Of a stretch of DNA of 64,000 nucleotides, positions 11,204 through 22,261 are shown one piece after another (the stretch's first letter is position 1; every line of letters starts with the position of its first letter). A program made the position numbers and the translations under genes. Source of the DNA: an uncultured Pseudomonadales bacterium (GTDB lineage: Bacteria > Pseudomonadota > Gammaproteobacteria > Pseudomonadales > Cellvibrionaceae); contig CANKXO010000007.1 in the NCBI GenBank assembly GCA_947487765.1, forward strand, positions 22,180-86,179. The letters run 5' to 3'. The notes beneath the pieces were generated by a model. The model did no database searches. It was not told where the DNA came from and saw only the letters and a list, made by a program, of their open reading frames with translations.

Positions 11204-14200
11204 CTATATTTCCTCAGCTCTGATATTAAAGAAAATACTATAGAGTACGGGCACAACAATCAGTGTTAATACCGTGGCAAACAATAGACCAAAAATTAAC
11301 ACAATCGACATGGACTTAAAAAAGGCATCCAAGTAGAGGGGAAGGACACCAAGTACGGTCGTTAGTGTACCCATCATCACAGGGCGAACACGACTCGCAG
11401 CAGAATCAATAATCGCTGCATAGCGCGCTTTCCCCCGATTGATTTCAAAATCAATTTGATCCACTAATACAATGGCATTTTTAATGAGCAAGCCAGATAA
11501 CGACAATACGCCCAATATGGCCATAAATTCCATTGGCAACCCCATAACCAGTAAACCAATAACAACGCCAATGATTGCTAACGGTACAACCAGCCAAATA
11601 ATAAGCGGTTGTCTAACTTTACCAAATAAAACAAACACCACTAACACCATAGCGAGTAAGCCCAGTGGCAAAGTAGAGGCTAAATTGTCATTAGACTCTT
11701 TAGAGTCTCCATATTCGCCATCCCATTCCAAAGTGTACCCATCAGGAAGCGAGATCGACTCAATAGCAGGCCGTAAGCGTTGATGTAAGCTGGAAGCCAG
11801 TTCACCAGGGAAAGGGTCAGATTGCGCTTTAATGGTCCAGAGTCGATCTTCTCGACGTAGTACACCATCACGCCACACAGTATTAAAGCCATCGACGACT
11901 TGTAGGATGGGTACAAATTTCCCTGTTGCTGAACTTAATACTTGAATGCTACGAATATCATCAATGCCCACGCGTTCATCTGCCGGCGCACGCGAAATGA
12001 TCGGGATTAGCTCATCACCTTCACGGTACACCCCAACTGAGCGTCCGGAAAAATTGGTTTGTAAGGCAGCCGCTAAATCTTCTCGTGAGATACCAGCCCT
12101 TCGACCTTTTACCTCTGAATATAAAGGCTCAATGATACTGACTTGTTGACGCCAATCATCTTTAACGGATAAGGCTTTACCATCTTCAATCATAATGGCT
12201 TTGGCTTGATTGGCTAATTGTCGCAGTATCACCGGATCAGGCCCCTTAAATGTGGCTTCAATTTTTGAACCGCCACCAGGGCCTAATTGAAAGCGCCATA
12301 CTTTCGCTTGTGCATTCGCGTAGTTGCTGTCGAGATACGATTGAATTTTTGGAATCAGAGCATCAATCTTTTTGTAGTCATCGACTTTAATCAGTAACTG
12401 TCCGTAGGCTTCGTTACCAGACTCAGGAGAATAAACCAACATAAAGCGAATGCCACCGGCGCCGATACTGGTTTGTATATCTGCTACCCCATCTAATTGA
12501 CTAACAAACTGTTCAACCTTCTCAATATCGTTTTGGGTGGTTGCAATATTAGCTCCTTCCGGTAGCCAATAGTCGATAACGACTTGCGGTGTTGTCGATG
12601 CGGGGAAAAAACCTTCTTTAACAAACTGAAAGCCCCACGCAGATACGAAAAATACACCAATAACGGTTGCAACCGTTAACCAGCGTACCGCAATCGCTTT
12701 TTTAACACACTGCTTATAGAGTCGAATAAAATGACTTTCGGTTTTAGTTTTATTAGATGTGCTATCCACCTCTTTAAATAGCCAGTAACAAAATAACGGC
12801 GTCAAGGTGATCGCAAACAGCCAACTATATAACAATGAAATAAGAATCACCCAAAAGAGGTGCCCCGTAAACTCTGCTGTTGAACCTGGCGCAAAACCAA
12901 TCGGTGCAAAGGCGATAATGCCCACTAGGGTACCGCCCAATAAAGGCCACTTGGTTTGTGTCACAATATCTTTGGCAATGTTTAATTTTTTTCGACCCTG
13001 TTGAACACCGATTAAAATCCCTTCTGTGACCACAATGGCATTATCCACCATCATGCCCAGTGCGATTATTAACGCGCCGAGAGAAATGCGGTGCATAGGA
13101 ATATCAGTAATACTCATGGTTGCCAGCGTTGCTGCAATAGTGAGTAATAAAATTGCCCCAATAACAACGGCAGATTTAAGCCCCATGAAAATTAATAAAG
13201 TTGCGATTACAATAATTAGAGCAACCACAACATTGACGACAAAGTCTTGTACGGCAACATCAACGATATTGCCTTGGTGATAATATTCTTGTAACTCAAT
13301 GCCTAAGGGGCGACGGCTTTCAGATGCTTGTATTTTTTTATCAACAGCTTCACTAATGGCAACAATATTACCGCCTGATTGCCCTGCTATGCCGATTCCA
13401 ATCGCCGTTTTACCATTATACCGATGGAGTAAACGGGGTGGCGTTTGGTAACCACGCCAGACATAAGCGATATCCTTTAAATAAATCAATTGTGATGAAG
13501 TGTTTTGATTACTTGTAGAAACAACAACATTTTTAATGGCTTCGACAGAATCAATACCGCCAGAAGGATCAATAGTAATACGTTGTTCATCAATAACCAC
13601 ATTACCTGCAGCTGCAATGGTATTTTGCTGCTGCAACATTTGGTAAACACTGTTGAGTGACACACCTAAACTTTTTGCATCTTCTCGTGATATTTCTACA
13701 AAGATAGCTTCTTGTTGAGCACCGCTAAGAACAACCTTGGCAACACCATCGACTTGTAATAATTCGTCTTGTAAGGATTTGGCATAACGCTTTAATTCAG
13801 CCGGGGTATAACCTTCACCTGTAATAAAATAATACAGACCATACACATCGCCAAAATCATCATTCACGATTGGCGTTTGTACTCCAGGTGGCAACGATGA
13901 TTCGGCATCTTTAATTTTATTGCGTAGCTTTGTCCAAATTAGTTGTAAATCCGCTTTGGATGGTGAAAATTCATATTTAATATCGACGGTAATTTCGGAA
14001 ACGCCAGCACGGGATTTTGACGTAATAACATCGACTTCTTGCAACTGTTTAATGGATCGTTCTAAAGGCGATGTGACTTCTTCAGCAACTTGCTTGGGGC
14101 TTGCGCCGGGATACTGGGTAATGACCAAAGCACTACGTATGGTAAATTCCGGGTCTTCAAAGCGTGGCATACTTTGGTAAGCCGTCCATCCACCCATTAA

Positions 14201-14263
14201 CATAAGTAGAATAGCGATGACACTGATCACGGTATTTTTAATTGTAAATTCTGCAATATTCAT
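11204..14263 (-). CDS. RND multidrug efflux permease (AcrB/AcrD family)
   Basis: 1019 aa, 12-TM RND topology with two large periplasmic loops; its start abuts the OMF gene stop. Confidence 0.9.
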   Translation of the reverse strand: MNIAEFTIKNTVISVIAILLMLMGGWTAYQSMPRFEDPEFTIRSALVITQYPGASPKQVAEEVTSPLERSIKQLQEVDVITSKSRAGVSEITVDIKYEFSPSKADLQLIWTKLRNKIKDAESSLPPGVQTPIVNDDFGDVYGLYYFITGEGYTPAELKRYAKSLQDELLQVDGVAKVVLSGAQQEAIFVEISREDAKSLGVSLNSVYQMLQQQNTIAAAGNVVIDEQRITIDPSGGIDSVEAIKNVVVSTSNQNTSSQLIYLKDIAYVWRGYQTPPRLLHRYNGKTAIGIGIAGQSGGNIVAISEAVDKKIQASESRRPLGIELQEYYHQGNIVDVAVQDFVVNVVVALIIVIATLLIFMGLKSAVVIGAILLLTIAATLATMSITDIPMHRISLGALIIALGMMVDNAIVVTEGILIGVQQGRKKLNIAKDIVTQTKWPLLGGTLVGIIAFAPIGFAPGSTAEFTGHLFWVILISLLYSWLFAITLTPLFCYWLFKEVDSTSNKTKTESHFIRLYKQCVKKAIAVRWLTVATVIGVFFVSAWGFQFVKEGFFPASTTPQVVIDYWLPEGANIATTQNDIEKVEQFVSQLDGVADIQTSIGAGGIRFMLVYSPESGNEAYGQLLIKVDDYKKIDALIPKIQSYLDSNYANAQAKVWRFQLGPGGGSKIEATFKGPDPVILRQLANQAKAIMIEDGKALSVKDDWRQQVSIIEPLYSEVKGRRAGISREDLAAALQTNFSGRSVGVYREGDELIPIISRAPADERVGIDDIRSIQVLSSATGKFVPILQVVDGFNTVWRDGVLRREDRLWTIKAQSDPFPGELASSLHQRLRPAIESISLPDGYTLEWDGEYGDSKESNDNLASTLPLGLLAMVLVVFVLFGKVRQPLIIWLVVPLAIIGVVIGLLVMGLPMEFMAILGVLSLSGLLIKNAIVLVDQIDFEINRGKARYAAIIDSAASRVRPVMMGTLTTVLGVLPLYLDAFFKSMSIVLIFGLLFATVLTLIVVPVLYSIFFNIRAEEI

Positions 14264-14317
14264 AATGCGCCTTGTGGAATATAGTCATATCGTAGCGAGT
14301 TAAATACGGTGGGACAT

Positions 14318-15379
14318 TCACTCCCAAGGTCGGATTGTCATACCTTCGGCAAGGTAAGCTGCTCCAGCACCAGCGATGACATCACCGGGCGACAAACCAT
14401 TTTTGACAACGAGCGTATTACCAATTCCTGACTCTAGTTCCACGGCTCGTTTGGATACGGTCATTGATTGTTGGTTAACAAGCCAAACGAATTGCTGATC
14501 GCCATCGGATAAAATCGCCGCCAAAGGTAGCGCTACACTCGCGGTCTCAACCGTGCCCGATGATTCAAGAATCATAGTGGCATTCATGCCGGGAAGAATG
14601 AGTAAGTCTTCTGGTGCAGCAAATGAAAAGGTTACTTTATAGGTTTGAGAAAGTGCATCTGCGAGTAGTGTTGCTTCTTTGAACGTCGCTTCTACTCTAG
14701 TATCCGGTGCTGCATCTAACACAACAGAGGCTTGTTTATTCTGGCGCTGCTCCACCGTGGCAATAACACTGGCGGGCAAATCGATAGACGCTTCCAATGT
14801 CGTTAAATCGATAACCGACGCAACCACTGTACCCGGTTGTACGGTTTGTAATTTTTTAACGGGAAGTTCAGCAATAGCCCCATCGAAAGGTGCACGTAAG
14901 ACAGTGTCTTCTAACGCTTTTTTAGCCGAATCCAAACTGGATTTGGCAACATCTCGCTGAGCTTTACGTTGGTCCAGTACATTTTTGGCAATGGCGTTTT
15001 CTTTGGCGAGTCGGAGTGCTCGTTGGTATTCCGTATCTGCATTCTTAAACTGTGCCTGAGCTGAATCCAAATTGTTACGGAAATCTCGTTGACGCAATTT
15101 TGCAATAATTGCACCCTTTTTAATATCCTGAGACTCGGTCACAGGAACATCTTCAATCAAGCCACCGACTTCAAACGTGAGGTTGGACGATTGAGCGGCA
15201 TCAATCACAGCGGGGTAACGATTAGATAGTCGTGAACTCGCTTCTGCCACGGTAATGAGCTTAACTGGGCGAACCACAGTTTCTGTTGTTTGATCAGCGG
15301 TTTCATTCCCGCCACAAGCTGTTAATAATGCTGCGAGCGATAGAATGGGGACATAACGGGTAAAGACTTCGATAGGCAT
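14318..15379 (-). CDS. RND efflux periplasmic adaptor (membrane fusion protein) lipoprotein
   Basis: signal + lipobox LLTACGG, coiled-coil / HlyD-like organisation, first gene of the operon. Confidence 0.85.
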   Translation of the reverse strand: MPIEVFTRYVPILSLAALLTACGGNETADQTTETVVRPVKLITVAEASSRLSNRYPAVIDAAQSSNLTFEVGGLIEDVPVTESQDIKKGAIIAKLRQRDFRNNLDSAQAQFKNADTEYQRALRLAKENAIAKNVLDQRKAQRDVAKSSLDSAKKALEDTVLRAPFDGAIAELPVKKLQTVQPGTVVASVIDLTTLEASIDLPASVIATVEQRQNKQASVVLDAAPDTRVEATFKEATLLADALSQTYKVTFSFAAPEDLLILPGMNATMILESSGTVETASVALPLAAILSDGDQQFVWLVNQQSMTVSKRAVELESGIGNTLVVKNGLSPGDVIAGAGAAYLAEGMTIRPWE

Positions 15380-15521
15380 AAGAAAAGACCTTTGTTACCA
15401 TTGTTCGAATTAAGTGTGCCGAAATTGAAAAGTTGTAATAGAACGACGGAGAGTATTTAATCAAACTATTGTTCCAAATAACTAGTACCAATTATGCTTT
15501 TAATGTCAGTCAATTGCCACC

Positions 15522-15959
15522 ATGATTAATCAACTACTGCTAGGCTCTACCATTATTGTGATCACTGTGATTGTACAGGTGGTCTTTTTTAATATCGCCA
15601 TTGACCGATTAACACGTATTGGCCGATGGTTAAGCGATTCTGCCTCTTTTTTAAAAACCTCATTTATCATGGTGATTGTCGTATTATGGACATTATTGGG
15701 TATTACTGTGAGCACGTGGATATGGGCGGTTCTTTTTAAGGTAATCGGTGCACTAGCGACATTAGATGAGGCGATTTATTTTGCCACAGTCACATTTACC
15801 ACGTTAGGTTACGGTGATATTACACTGACGACAGAATGGCGTTTGCTTTCAAGTCTTGCAGCGGTTAATGGTTTAATTATCTTTGGTTTAAATACCGCAT
15901 TTTTAGTCCAGTTTGTGGAGAAAACCAGAGGCCTACATATGAAAAAAGACAAGCACTAA
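15522..15959 (+). CDS. Minimal two-TM potassium channel (ion_trans_2 family)
   Basis: K+ selectivity-filter signature TTLGYGD between two hydrophobic helices; 145 aa. Confidence 0.7.
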   Translation: MINQLLLGSTIIVITVIVQVVFFNIAIDRLTRIGRWLSDSASFLKTSFIMVIVVLWTLLGITVSTWIWAVLFKVIGALATLDEAIYFATVTFTTLGYGDITLTTEWRLLSSLAAVNGLIIFGLNTAFLVQFVEKTRGLHMKKDKH

Positions 15960-15974
15960 CTAGAGAAAAACAGA

Positions 15975-17180
15975 ATGAACAGCTATGTAGTGGATGACTT
16001 TTTAACGTATACACTCGGCATATTAGTGTTCTTTATTGGGGTGCACGTTAATCGACGAGTTGCCTTTCTACGTAACTACAATATTCCTGAACCTGTCACA
16101 GGTGGCCTGCTCGCAACGACGTTTACGTTTCTTATTTTCTTAACTACCAATACAGAAATTCAATTTCAACTCGATACCCGCGATACATTATTGGTCTATT
16201 TTTTTACAGCTATTGGTATTAATGCGCGTTTATCCGACTTGATCAGTGGCGGTAAGCCCCTACTGATTATGCTGGTACTAACGCTCTCGTATATATTTCT
16301 GCAAAATATCGTTGGCATTGCTGGTGCGACATTGGTTGATAGCCCTTCTGCGGTCGGTGTGTTAGCAGGGTCAGCATCATTGATTGGCGGTCACGGTACG
16401 ACGATTGCTTGGGCACCCGACATTGCGGGATTGGGTGTCGATAATGCTTTAGAAATTGGTATTGCCTGTGCGACCCTAGGGTTGATTATTGCTAGCTTAA
16501 TCGGCGGGCCTATTGCGAAGTTTTTACTGTCAAAACATAAGCTGAGTGGGCAAACAGGTGAGCAACCGATGGTGGGCATTGCTTATAAAGAGGCAGATAC
16601 TGACCAAGGCTCCATTAATCACATGAACCTAATGGCCGTTGTTTTAAGTTTGCATATAGCTATTATTATTGGCTATGTGCTTAATGAACAAATTACCGCG
16701 TTAGGATTTAAACTACCGCTGTTTGTTACTTGCTTGCTGACGGGTATTGTTCTATCCAATAGCATCCCTTACGTGCTTCCCCAGCTACATTGGCCTGCTC
16801 GAACACGAGCATTAGCATTAGTCTCTGATTTTTCGTTAGGTTTATTCTTGGCAATGTCCCTCATGAGTATGCAATTATGGACTATCGCTGGTCTTGCCGG
16901 TCCATTGTTAGTTATTCTGTTATTGCAAACCATTGCAGCAGTACTCTTTATTATTTTTATTCTTTTCCCGCTAATGGGAAAAAATTATCAAGCAGCGGTT
17001 CTGAGTGCTGGATTTGGCGGTTTTGCATTAGGTGCAACACCCACTGCGATTGCCAATATGACTGCTGTTACTAAATCACATGGACCAGCGCCTACGGCTT
17101 TTCTTATACTGCCCTTAGTCGCTGCTTTTTTTGTGGATATTGCCAATGCTTTTGTGATTCGATTTGCTCTTCAGTTGTGA
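15975..17180 (+). CDS. gltS: Sodium/glutamate symporter
   Basis: NIPEPVTGGLLATTF..., AGSASLIGGHGTTIAW, GltS-type motifs and 401-aa polytopic profile. Confidence 0.85.
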   Translation: MNSYVVDDFLTYTLGILVFFIGVHVNRRVAFLRNYNIPEPVTGGLLATTFTFLIFLTTNTEIQFQLDTRDTLLVYFFTAIGINARLSDLISGGKPLLIMLVLTLSYIFLQNIVGIAGATLVDSPSAVGVLAGSASLIGGHGTTIAWAPDIAGLGVDNALEIGIACATLGLIIASLIGGPIAKFLLSKHKLSGQTGEQPMVGIAYKEADTDQGSINHMNLMAVVLSLHIAIIIGYVLNEQITALGFKLPLFVTCLLTGIVLSNSIPYVLPQLHWPARTRALALVSDFSLGLFLAMSLMSMQLWTIAGLAGPLLVILLLQTIAAVLFIIFILFPLMGKNYQAAVLSAGFGGFALGATPTAIANMTAVTKSHGPAPTAFLILPLVAAFFVDIANAFVIRFALQL

Positions 17181-17361
17181 ATAGAAAATCAGCGTTGAAT
17201 GATTAAATTTTTATGTGTTGGATAGTAATTATTAAAAGGCTTCAAGCATTGCCAAAAGTATGTTTGTTAATGCGGGTGCAAGGCCAAGAGAGCAAGAACT
17301 TATTTTTGACTATCTTAGTAAGAATGCGAAAGATGCTGTGAAGTAAATCAAGGTTTTTATT

Positions 17362-18609
17362 ATGAAATTAGTTTTTTATATTTTTTTCACGGTGCTATGT
17401 GTTTCTGGTTGCACATCCTACAGTAGTATTTCGCAAATCACAGCGATGCCAGAGCCGATAATTTATCAGCAGCAAGTGCTGCGTGATCGTCTTTATACTG
17501 ATGGAATAAGTGAAAATAATACCATCTTTTATGCTACTGATAGAGAATCATCAAGTGATCAAGATGACGGACTGTTTTATACAAATCAAAGAGGCAGCTT
17601 TATACGGGTAGGCTTAGGGAATATTTCCCCCTCTACCTTTAATGATAAAAATAAAATTAAAGTATCAGACGTTAATGAATATGGATACTTATCAACAGCT
17701 TTACCTTATGGAAAACTTAGCTCACCGGAAGAGGCAAATGAACCTGGTCTGAAAATCGCAAATCAACAATTTTCTGAAGCGGTTGATGAAAAATTAGCAG
17801 CATCAAGGCAAAAAGATATTTTTATCTATGTTCATGGATATAAGACAGTTTTTGAAAACCCATTATTAGTATCCTCAGAGTTTTGGCAATACATGAATAA
17901 CGACGGAGTATTTATTGCCTATGCTTGGCCTGCAACCCCTAAACGACTTGCTTACTTTAAAGATGTTGAAACTGCACAACTCTCTGGCCACAACTTACGC
18001 TTGTTTATTGAATACTTAGCAAAAAATACAGAGGCTGAACGTATACACATTATTGGCTATAGCGCAGGCACTCGTGTTGTGATCACTGCCACACAACAGC
18101 TTGCTTTAAAATATTATGATCAGCCTCAGCAAAAGATTAAACAAGAATTACGTATCGGAAATATTATACTTGCTGCTAGTGATTATGATCCTAGAGTCTT
18201 TGCGGCTGCTATTGGTCACGAACTGCTTAATATTCCAGAAATGATGACAGTGTATATGTCAGCATCGGATGACGCTCTGGGCTTATCACGTTTTTTATTC
18301 GGCGAAGGGCGCCTCGGCCAATTCATTGATAAATCAGCTAGTATGGCAGATCACACAAAATCTTTTTTTAATAAAAATAAAAAGCTGTATTTTATCAATG
18401 CCAGTACCGCTAAAAAAGCGGCCATTGGAAATGGTCATGGATATTACTTCAGCAGTCCTTGGGTCAGTAGCGATTTGTTACTTATTCTGAGATACGGTTT
18501 AAAGCCTGGTCTTCGTGGCTTAATTAAGCCCGAAGGGAAGCTGCATTGGATATTTACCGACAATCATCCAAATACGTTGCAAGATAAGCTTTCATGGCTT
18601 GCTGAGTGA
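17362..18609 (+). CDS. Lipoprotein alpha/beta-hydrolase (DUF900-like)
   Basis: lipobox LCVSGC; nucleophile elbow IIGYSAGTRV (GxSxG); AT-rich gene. Confidence 0.6.
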   Translation: MKLVFYIFFTVLCVSGCTSYSSISQITAMPEPIIYQQQVLRDRLYTDGISENNTIFYATDRESSSDQDDGLFYTNQRGSFIRVGLGNISPSTFNDKNKIKVSDVNEYGYLSTALPYGKLSSPEEANEPGLKIANQQFSEAVDEKLAASRQKDIFIYVHGYKTVFENPLLVSSEFWQYMNNDGVFIAYAWPATPKRLAYFKDVETAQLSGHNLRLFIEYLAKNTEAERIHIIGYSAGTRVVITATQQLALKYYDQPQQKIKQELRIGNIILAASDYDPRVFAAAIGHELLNIPEMMTVYMSASDDALGLSRFLFGEGRLGQFIDKSASMADHTKSFFNKNKKLYFINASTAKKAAIGNGHGYYFSSPWVSSDLLLILRYGLKPGLRGLIKPEGKLHWIFTDNHPNTLQDKLSWLAE

Positions 18610-18944
18610 GATGGTAAAGCGAATATACTGATCTGACGTAGCCTCTATTGAAATATGAGGTGAAAATGATCGTAATTAAGGTGGTCATTTCCAGTGGGGA
18701 TAATCGGGTGTGGATAAAAATGCAACGTTGCTTTTTTGTTAACACTTAACGTTCCCAAGGCTCCAAATTAAAATTTACATTAACCTCGTTCTCCTCTGCA
18801 AAAATCTCACAATGTGCCTGCTTAATTCTTCTTGGTAGTTCTGTTGCCTTAATTCGAACAATAAATGCTATATTTGTTATTTTTTAAAACACAAAAACAA
18901 GTGAGAATAGCAAAAACAGTAAACATGGTGATTCCGGAGAAAGT

Positions 18945-19826
18945 ATGACCCAGAAAACAATAGGTATAGTTGGTCTAGGTAGTATGGGCAGTGGTATGGC
19001 TCAGACCTTATTGCGTGAAGGCTTTGAGGTTGTGGGTACAGACGTGAATAAGGCTCAACAACAAGTAGCTCGGGACCTCGGCGTTGAGGTTGTCCCTGAT
19101 ATTCAAACATTGTGTGGTAAAACCAATACCCTTTTATTATCGCTACCTATGGCAAAGCATGTACAGACGGTGATCAAGGGCAGTGGTGGCATTATTGAGC
19201 ATGCACAAATAGATACTTTAATCATTGATACCTCGACCTCTGAGCCAGAGGTAACCCGTATGTTAGCGGCTGAGCTTACTGAACAAGGCCATCACTTATT
19301 AGATGCTCCTGTCAGTGGGGGCCCGTCTGGTGCGGCAGCAGGCACAATGGTTATGGTCGTTGGTGGGGAAAAGCATGTACTGAACCGTGCCCAACCATAC
19401 CTTAATGCCTTGAGTGCAAAAGTGGTTCATTTGGGTCCGTCAGGTAATGGTCATGTGGCAAAGCTGATTAATAACTTATTGTGTGCGGCGCACTTAGTCA
19501 CGACAGCAGAAGCCGTTGCTTTGGGCAAAAAAGCAGGTTTAGATCCTGAGATGCTTATCGCAGGGTTAAACGCAGGGTCGGGGCGTAGTGCTGTCAGTGA
19601 AGTAAATTTCCCTCGCTGGGTTTTAAATGAAGCGTTTGATTCTGGTTTTACAATGCAATTAATGCGTAAAGATATTCGTTTGGCAAAAAACCTGATGAGC
19701 GAAATGGGGTTAGAGCTACCGATGTCAGAGCAAGTGGCTGCTATCTGGGCGCAGAGTGAGGAAAACTTGCCTGACCAAGATGACTTTAATTGTATCGTAA
19801 AAAATGCTGGCTTAGAGGAAAAGTAA
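18945..19826 (+). CDS. NAD(P)-dependent 3-hydroxyisobutyrate-dehydrogenase-family oxidoreductase
   Basis: GIVGLGSMGSGMA Rossmann motif; HIBADH-like catalytic region GNGHVAKLINNLL. Confidence 0.85.
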   Translation: MTQKTIGIVGLGSMGSGMAQTLLREGFEVVGTDVNKAQQQVARDLGVEVVPDIQTLCGKTNTLLLSLPMAKHVQTVIKGSGGIIEHAQIDTLIIDTSTSEPEVTRMLAAELTEQGHHLLDAPVSGGPSGAAAGTMVMVVGGEKHVLNRAQPYLNALSAKVVHLGPSGNGHVAKLINNLLCAAHLVTTAEAVALGKKAGLDPEMLIAGLNAGSGRSAVSEVNFPRWVLNEAFDSGFTMQLMRKDIRLAKNLMSEMGLELPMSEQVAAIWAQSEENLPDQDDFNCIVKNAGLEEK

Positions 19827-19827
19827 C

Positions 19828-21366
19828 ATGACGTTTACCGTTGAAAATAATGGCGAGAAGCAAGTTGAGCAATTGCTGAATGGTTTACTAGGTGACAGTC
19901 AATTTGGTAGTTGGATTGCAGGAAAAATAGTGGTTGGTGAAGGGGAAGAAATAAAACTAACAAACCCTGCAACTGGCCACACATTTATGACGTATTGTGA
20001 TGCAGGCAGCTCAGTTGTTGATAGTGCTGCCGAAGCAGCCGTTATTGCACAGAAGCAGTGGTGGGGAATGACAGCTACTGCCCGTGGACAGCTAATGTGG
20101 AAATGCGGTTTTTTAATTCGAGAAAATTTAGAACCTCTTGCCCGATTAGAATCTGTTTCGGCTGGTAAGCCTGTTAGAGACTGTCGCATTGAAGTGACAA
20201 AAGTGGCAGAGATGTTTGAATACTATGCGGGCTGGTGCGATAAAATAATAGGGCAGGTCATTCCTGTGCCGACAAGCCACCTCAATTATACGAGGCATGA
20301 ACCTTACGGTGTTGTGACACAAATTACGCCATGGAATGCGCCCATATTTACAGCTGGTTGGCAGATTGCTCCCGCTATTTGTGCGGGCAATGCAGTGTTA
20401 CTAAAACCGTCTGAATTAACACCGTTAAGTTCTACCGTGTTAGCTAAATTAATTGAAGAGGCAGGTATCCCTAAAAGCTTGGTCAATATTGTTAATGGGC
20501 TAGGGCATACAACGGGCGCATCAGCGATTGCCCATTCAGCAACTAAAAAAGTGGTCTTTGTCGGGTCACCAAAAACCGGAGGTCTTATTGCTGCAGCTGC
20601 TGCTCAACGTGTGATTCCCTGTGTTTTGGAGTTGGGCGGTAAGTCAGCCAATATTGTCTTTGATGATGCGGATTTAGACCGAGCTGTTGTGGGTGCGCAA
20701 GCAGCTGTATTTGCAGCGGCAGGTCAGAGCTGTGTATCTGGGTCGCGTTTACTGGTTCATCGCAACGTGTATGAACAAGTTGTAGAGCGAGTGGCGTCAG
20801 CAGCCAATAAAATTCCAGTAGGTATGCCATGGTTAGAGGATACAATGGTTGGGCCTATTAATAATCTACCACAATTTACTCATGTGAATAATTTAGTGTC
20901 TGGGGGTGTTGCTGAAGGTGCAGTCATTGCCTGTGGAGGATCCCGTGCAGATATTAAAGGCGGTGAGCAGGGATATTTCTTCCGCCCGACGGTACTGGCT
21001 GAGGTTAACAATAGGATGCAAGTGGCTCAGGAAGAAATCTTTGGTCCCGTCGTTTCTGTGATTCCATTTGAGGATGAAGAAGAAGCTGTTGCCATTGCTA
21101 ACGATAGCCGTTTTGGTTTGGCTGGTGCCGTATGGACGGCAGATGTGGGGCGAGCTCACCGCATGGCCGCGCAAATTAACGCAGGTACTTTCTGGATCAA
21201 TAGCTATAAAGCGATTAACGTTATGTCACCCTTTGGCGGCTTCGGCGAAAGTGGTTACGGTCGCTCTAGTGGTTATGATGGTTTGCTGGAGTATACGCAG
21301 GTAAAAAGTGTTTGGGTCGAAACCGCAAAAGATGCCGCTATTCAGTTTGGTTATTCAGTCGAGTGA
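19828..21366 (+). CDS. Aldehyde dehydrogenase (NAD(P)+)
   Basis: ELGGKSANIVF and GQSCVSGSR catalytic Cys/Glu motifs. Confidence 0.9.
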   Translation: MTFTVENNGEKQVEQLLNGLLGDSQFGSWIAGKIVVGEGEEIKLTNPATGHTFMTYCDAGSSVVDSAAEAAVIAQKQWWGMTATARGQLMWKCGFLIRENLEPLARLESVSAGKPVRDCRIEVTKVAEMFEYYAGWCDKIIGQVIPVPTSHLNYTRHEPYGVVTQITPWNAPIFTAGWQIAPAICAGNAVLLKPSELTPLSSTVLAKLIEEAGIPKSLVNIVNGLGHTTGASAIAHSATKKVVFVGSPKTGGLIAAAAAQRVIPCVLELGGKSANIVFDDADLDRAVVGAQAAVFAAAGQSCVSGSRLLVHRNVYEQVVERVASAANKIPVGMPWLEDTMVGPINNLPQFTHVNNLVSGGVAEGAVIACGGSRADIKGGEQGYFFRPTVLAEVNNRMQVAQEEIFGPVVSVIPFEDEEEAVAIANDSRFGLAGAVWTADVGRAHRMAAQINAGTFWINSYKAINVMSPFGGFGESGYGRSSGYDGLLEYTQVKSVWVETAKDAAIQFGYSVE

Positions 21367-21419
21367 TTAATTTTTTGATGATATAAAAATGAAATATTTT
21401 GTAATAAAGGTTACATTAC

Positions 21420-22223
21420 ATGGCTGATTATGAACGTGAAATAGATATTGAAAACGTATGGGAAATAATTTTACAAGAAGCTGAGGCGGTTGCTAATGCA
21501 TTCCCTTTGGTTGCTGACTTTTACCAGCGTAGTATCCTTCAGCATAATAGTTATGATGCGGCGCTGGCATATGTGTTGGCAGAAAAATTAAGTGACCCTA
21601 TTTCGCAATCTAATTTGTCTCAAACAAATTCTTCCAAAACTAATGCCTCAACAATCAAAGATTGGCAAGATTTTTTGTTAGCCATTATGTCTGAAGCTCC
21701 TGCTATTGGAAAAGCAGCAGTGAAAGACTTAGTTTGTCAGCTAAAAAGTAATGCATCTATTAAGGACCACTATACGCCATTGCTTTATTTTGGTGGTTAT
21801 CAAGCATTGCAAAGTTATCGTTTTTCGCATTACTGCTGGAACAATAATCAACACGCTATTGCAAATTATATACAGGCGAGAGTTGTTACTTTGCATGGTG
21901 TCGATATTCATCCGGGAGCAAAAATTGGCGAAGGTATTTTTATCGACCATGCTGTCGGTATTGTCATTGGAGAAACGGCAGTTGTTGAAAATGATGTGAC
22001 GCTATTTCAAAGTGTTACTTTAGGTGGCACAGGAAAAGGCGTTGGTGACAGGCACCCCAAAGTGCGCAAGGGCGCTTTTATTGGTTCTGGCGCAGTTATA
22101 TTTGGCAATATTGAAATTGGTAAAAACGCAAAAGTTGCCGGCGGCGCTGTCGTTGTTAAACCTGTCGCTGCAAATACAACGGTTGTTGGGCCTGCTGCGA
22201 AGGTAGTGGTCCCCCCCTCATAA
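21420..22223 (+). CDS. Serine O-acetyltransferase-like hexapeptide acyltransferase (CysE family)
   Basis: SATase N-domain plus DIHPGAKIGEGIFIDHAVGIVIGETAVV...GDRHPKVRKGAFIGSGAVIFGNIEIG left-handed beta-helix. Confidence 0.75.
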   Translation: MADYEREIDIENVWEIILQEAEAVANAFPLVADFYQRSILQHNSYDAALAYVLAEKLSDPISQSNLSQTNSSKTNASTIKDWQDFLLAIMSEAPAIGKAAVKDLVCQLKSNASIKDHYTPLLYFGGYQALQSYRFSHYCWNNNQHAIANYIQARVVTLHGVDIHPGAKIGEGIFIDHAVGIVIGETAVVENDVTLFQSVTLGGTGKGVGDRHPKVRKGAFIGSGAVIFGNIEIGKNAKVAGGAVVVKPVAANTTVVGPAAKVVVPPS

Positions 22224-22261
22224 ATAAATGAAAAGTTCATTGGGAGAGGTTATTAATAAAA

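Noticed and set aside
9818-15379. Missing local regulator for the MFP-RND-OMF operon as a sign of an unusual system
   Set aside because: A standard tripartite RND operon. Regulators are often encoded elsewhere, so this is not remarkable.
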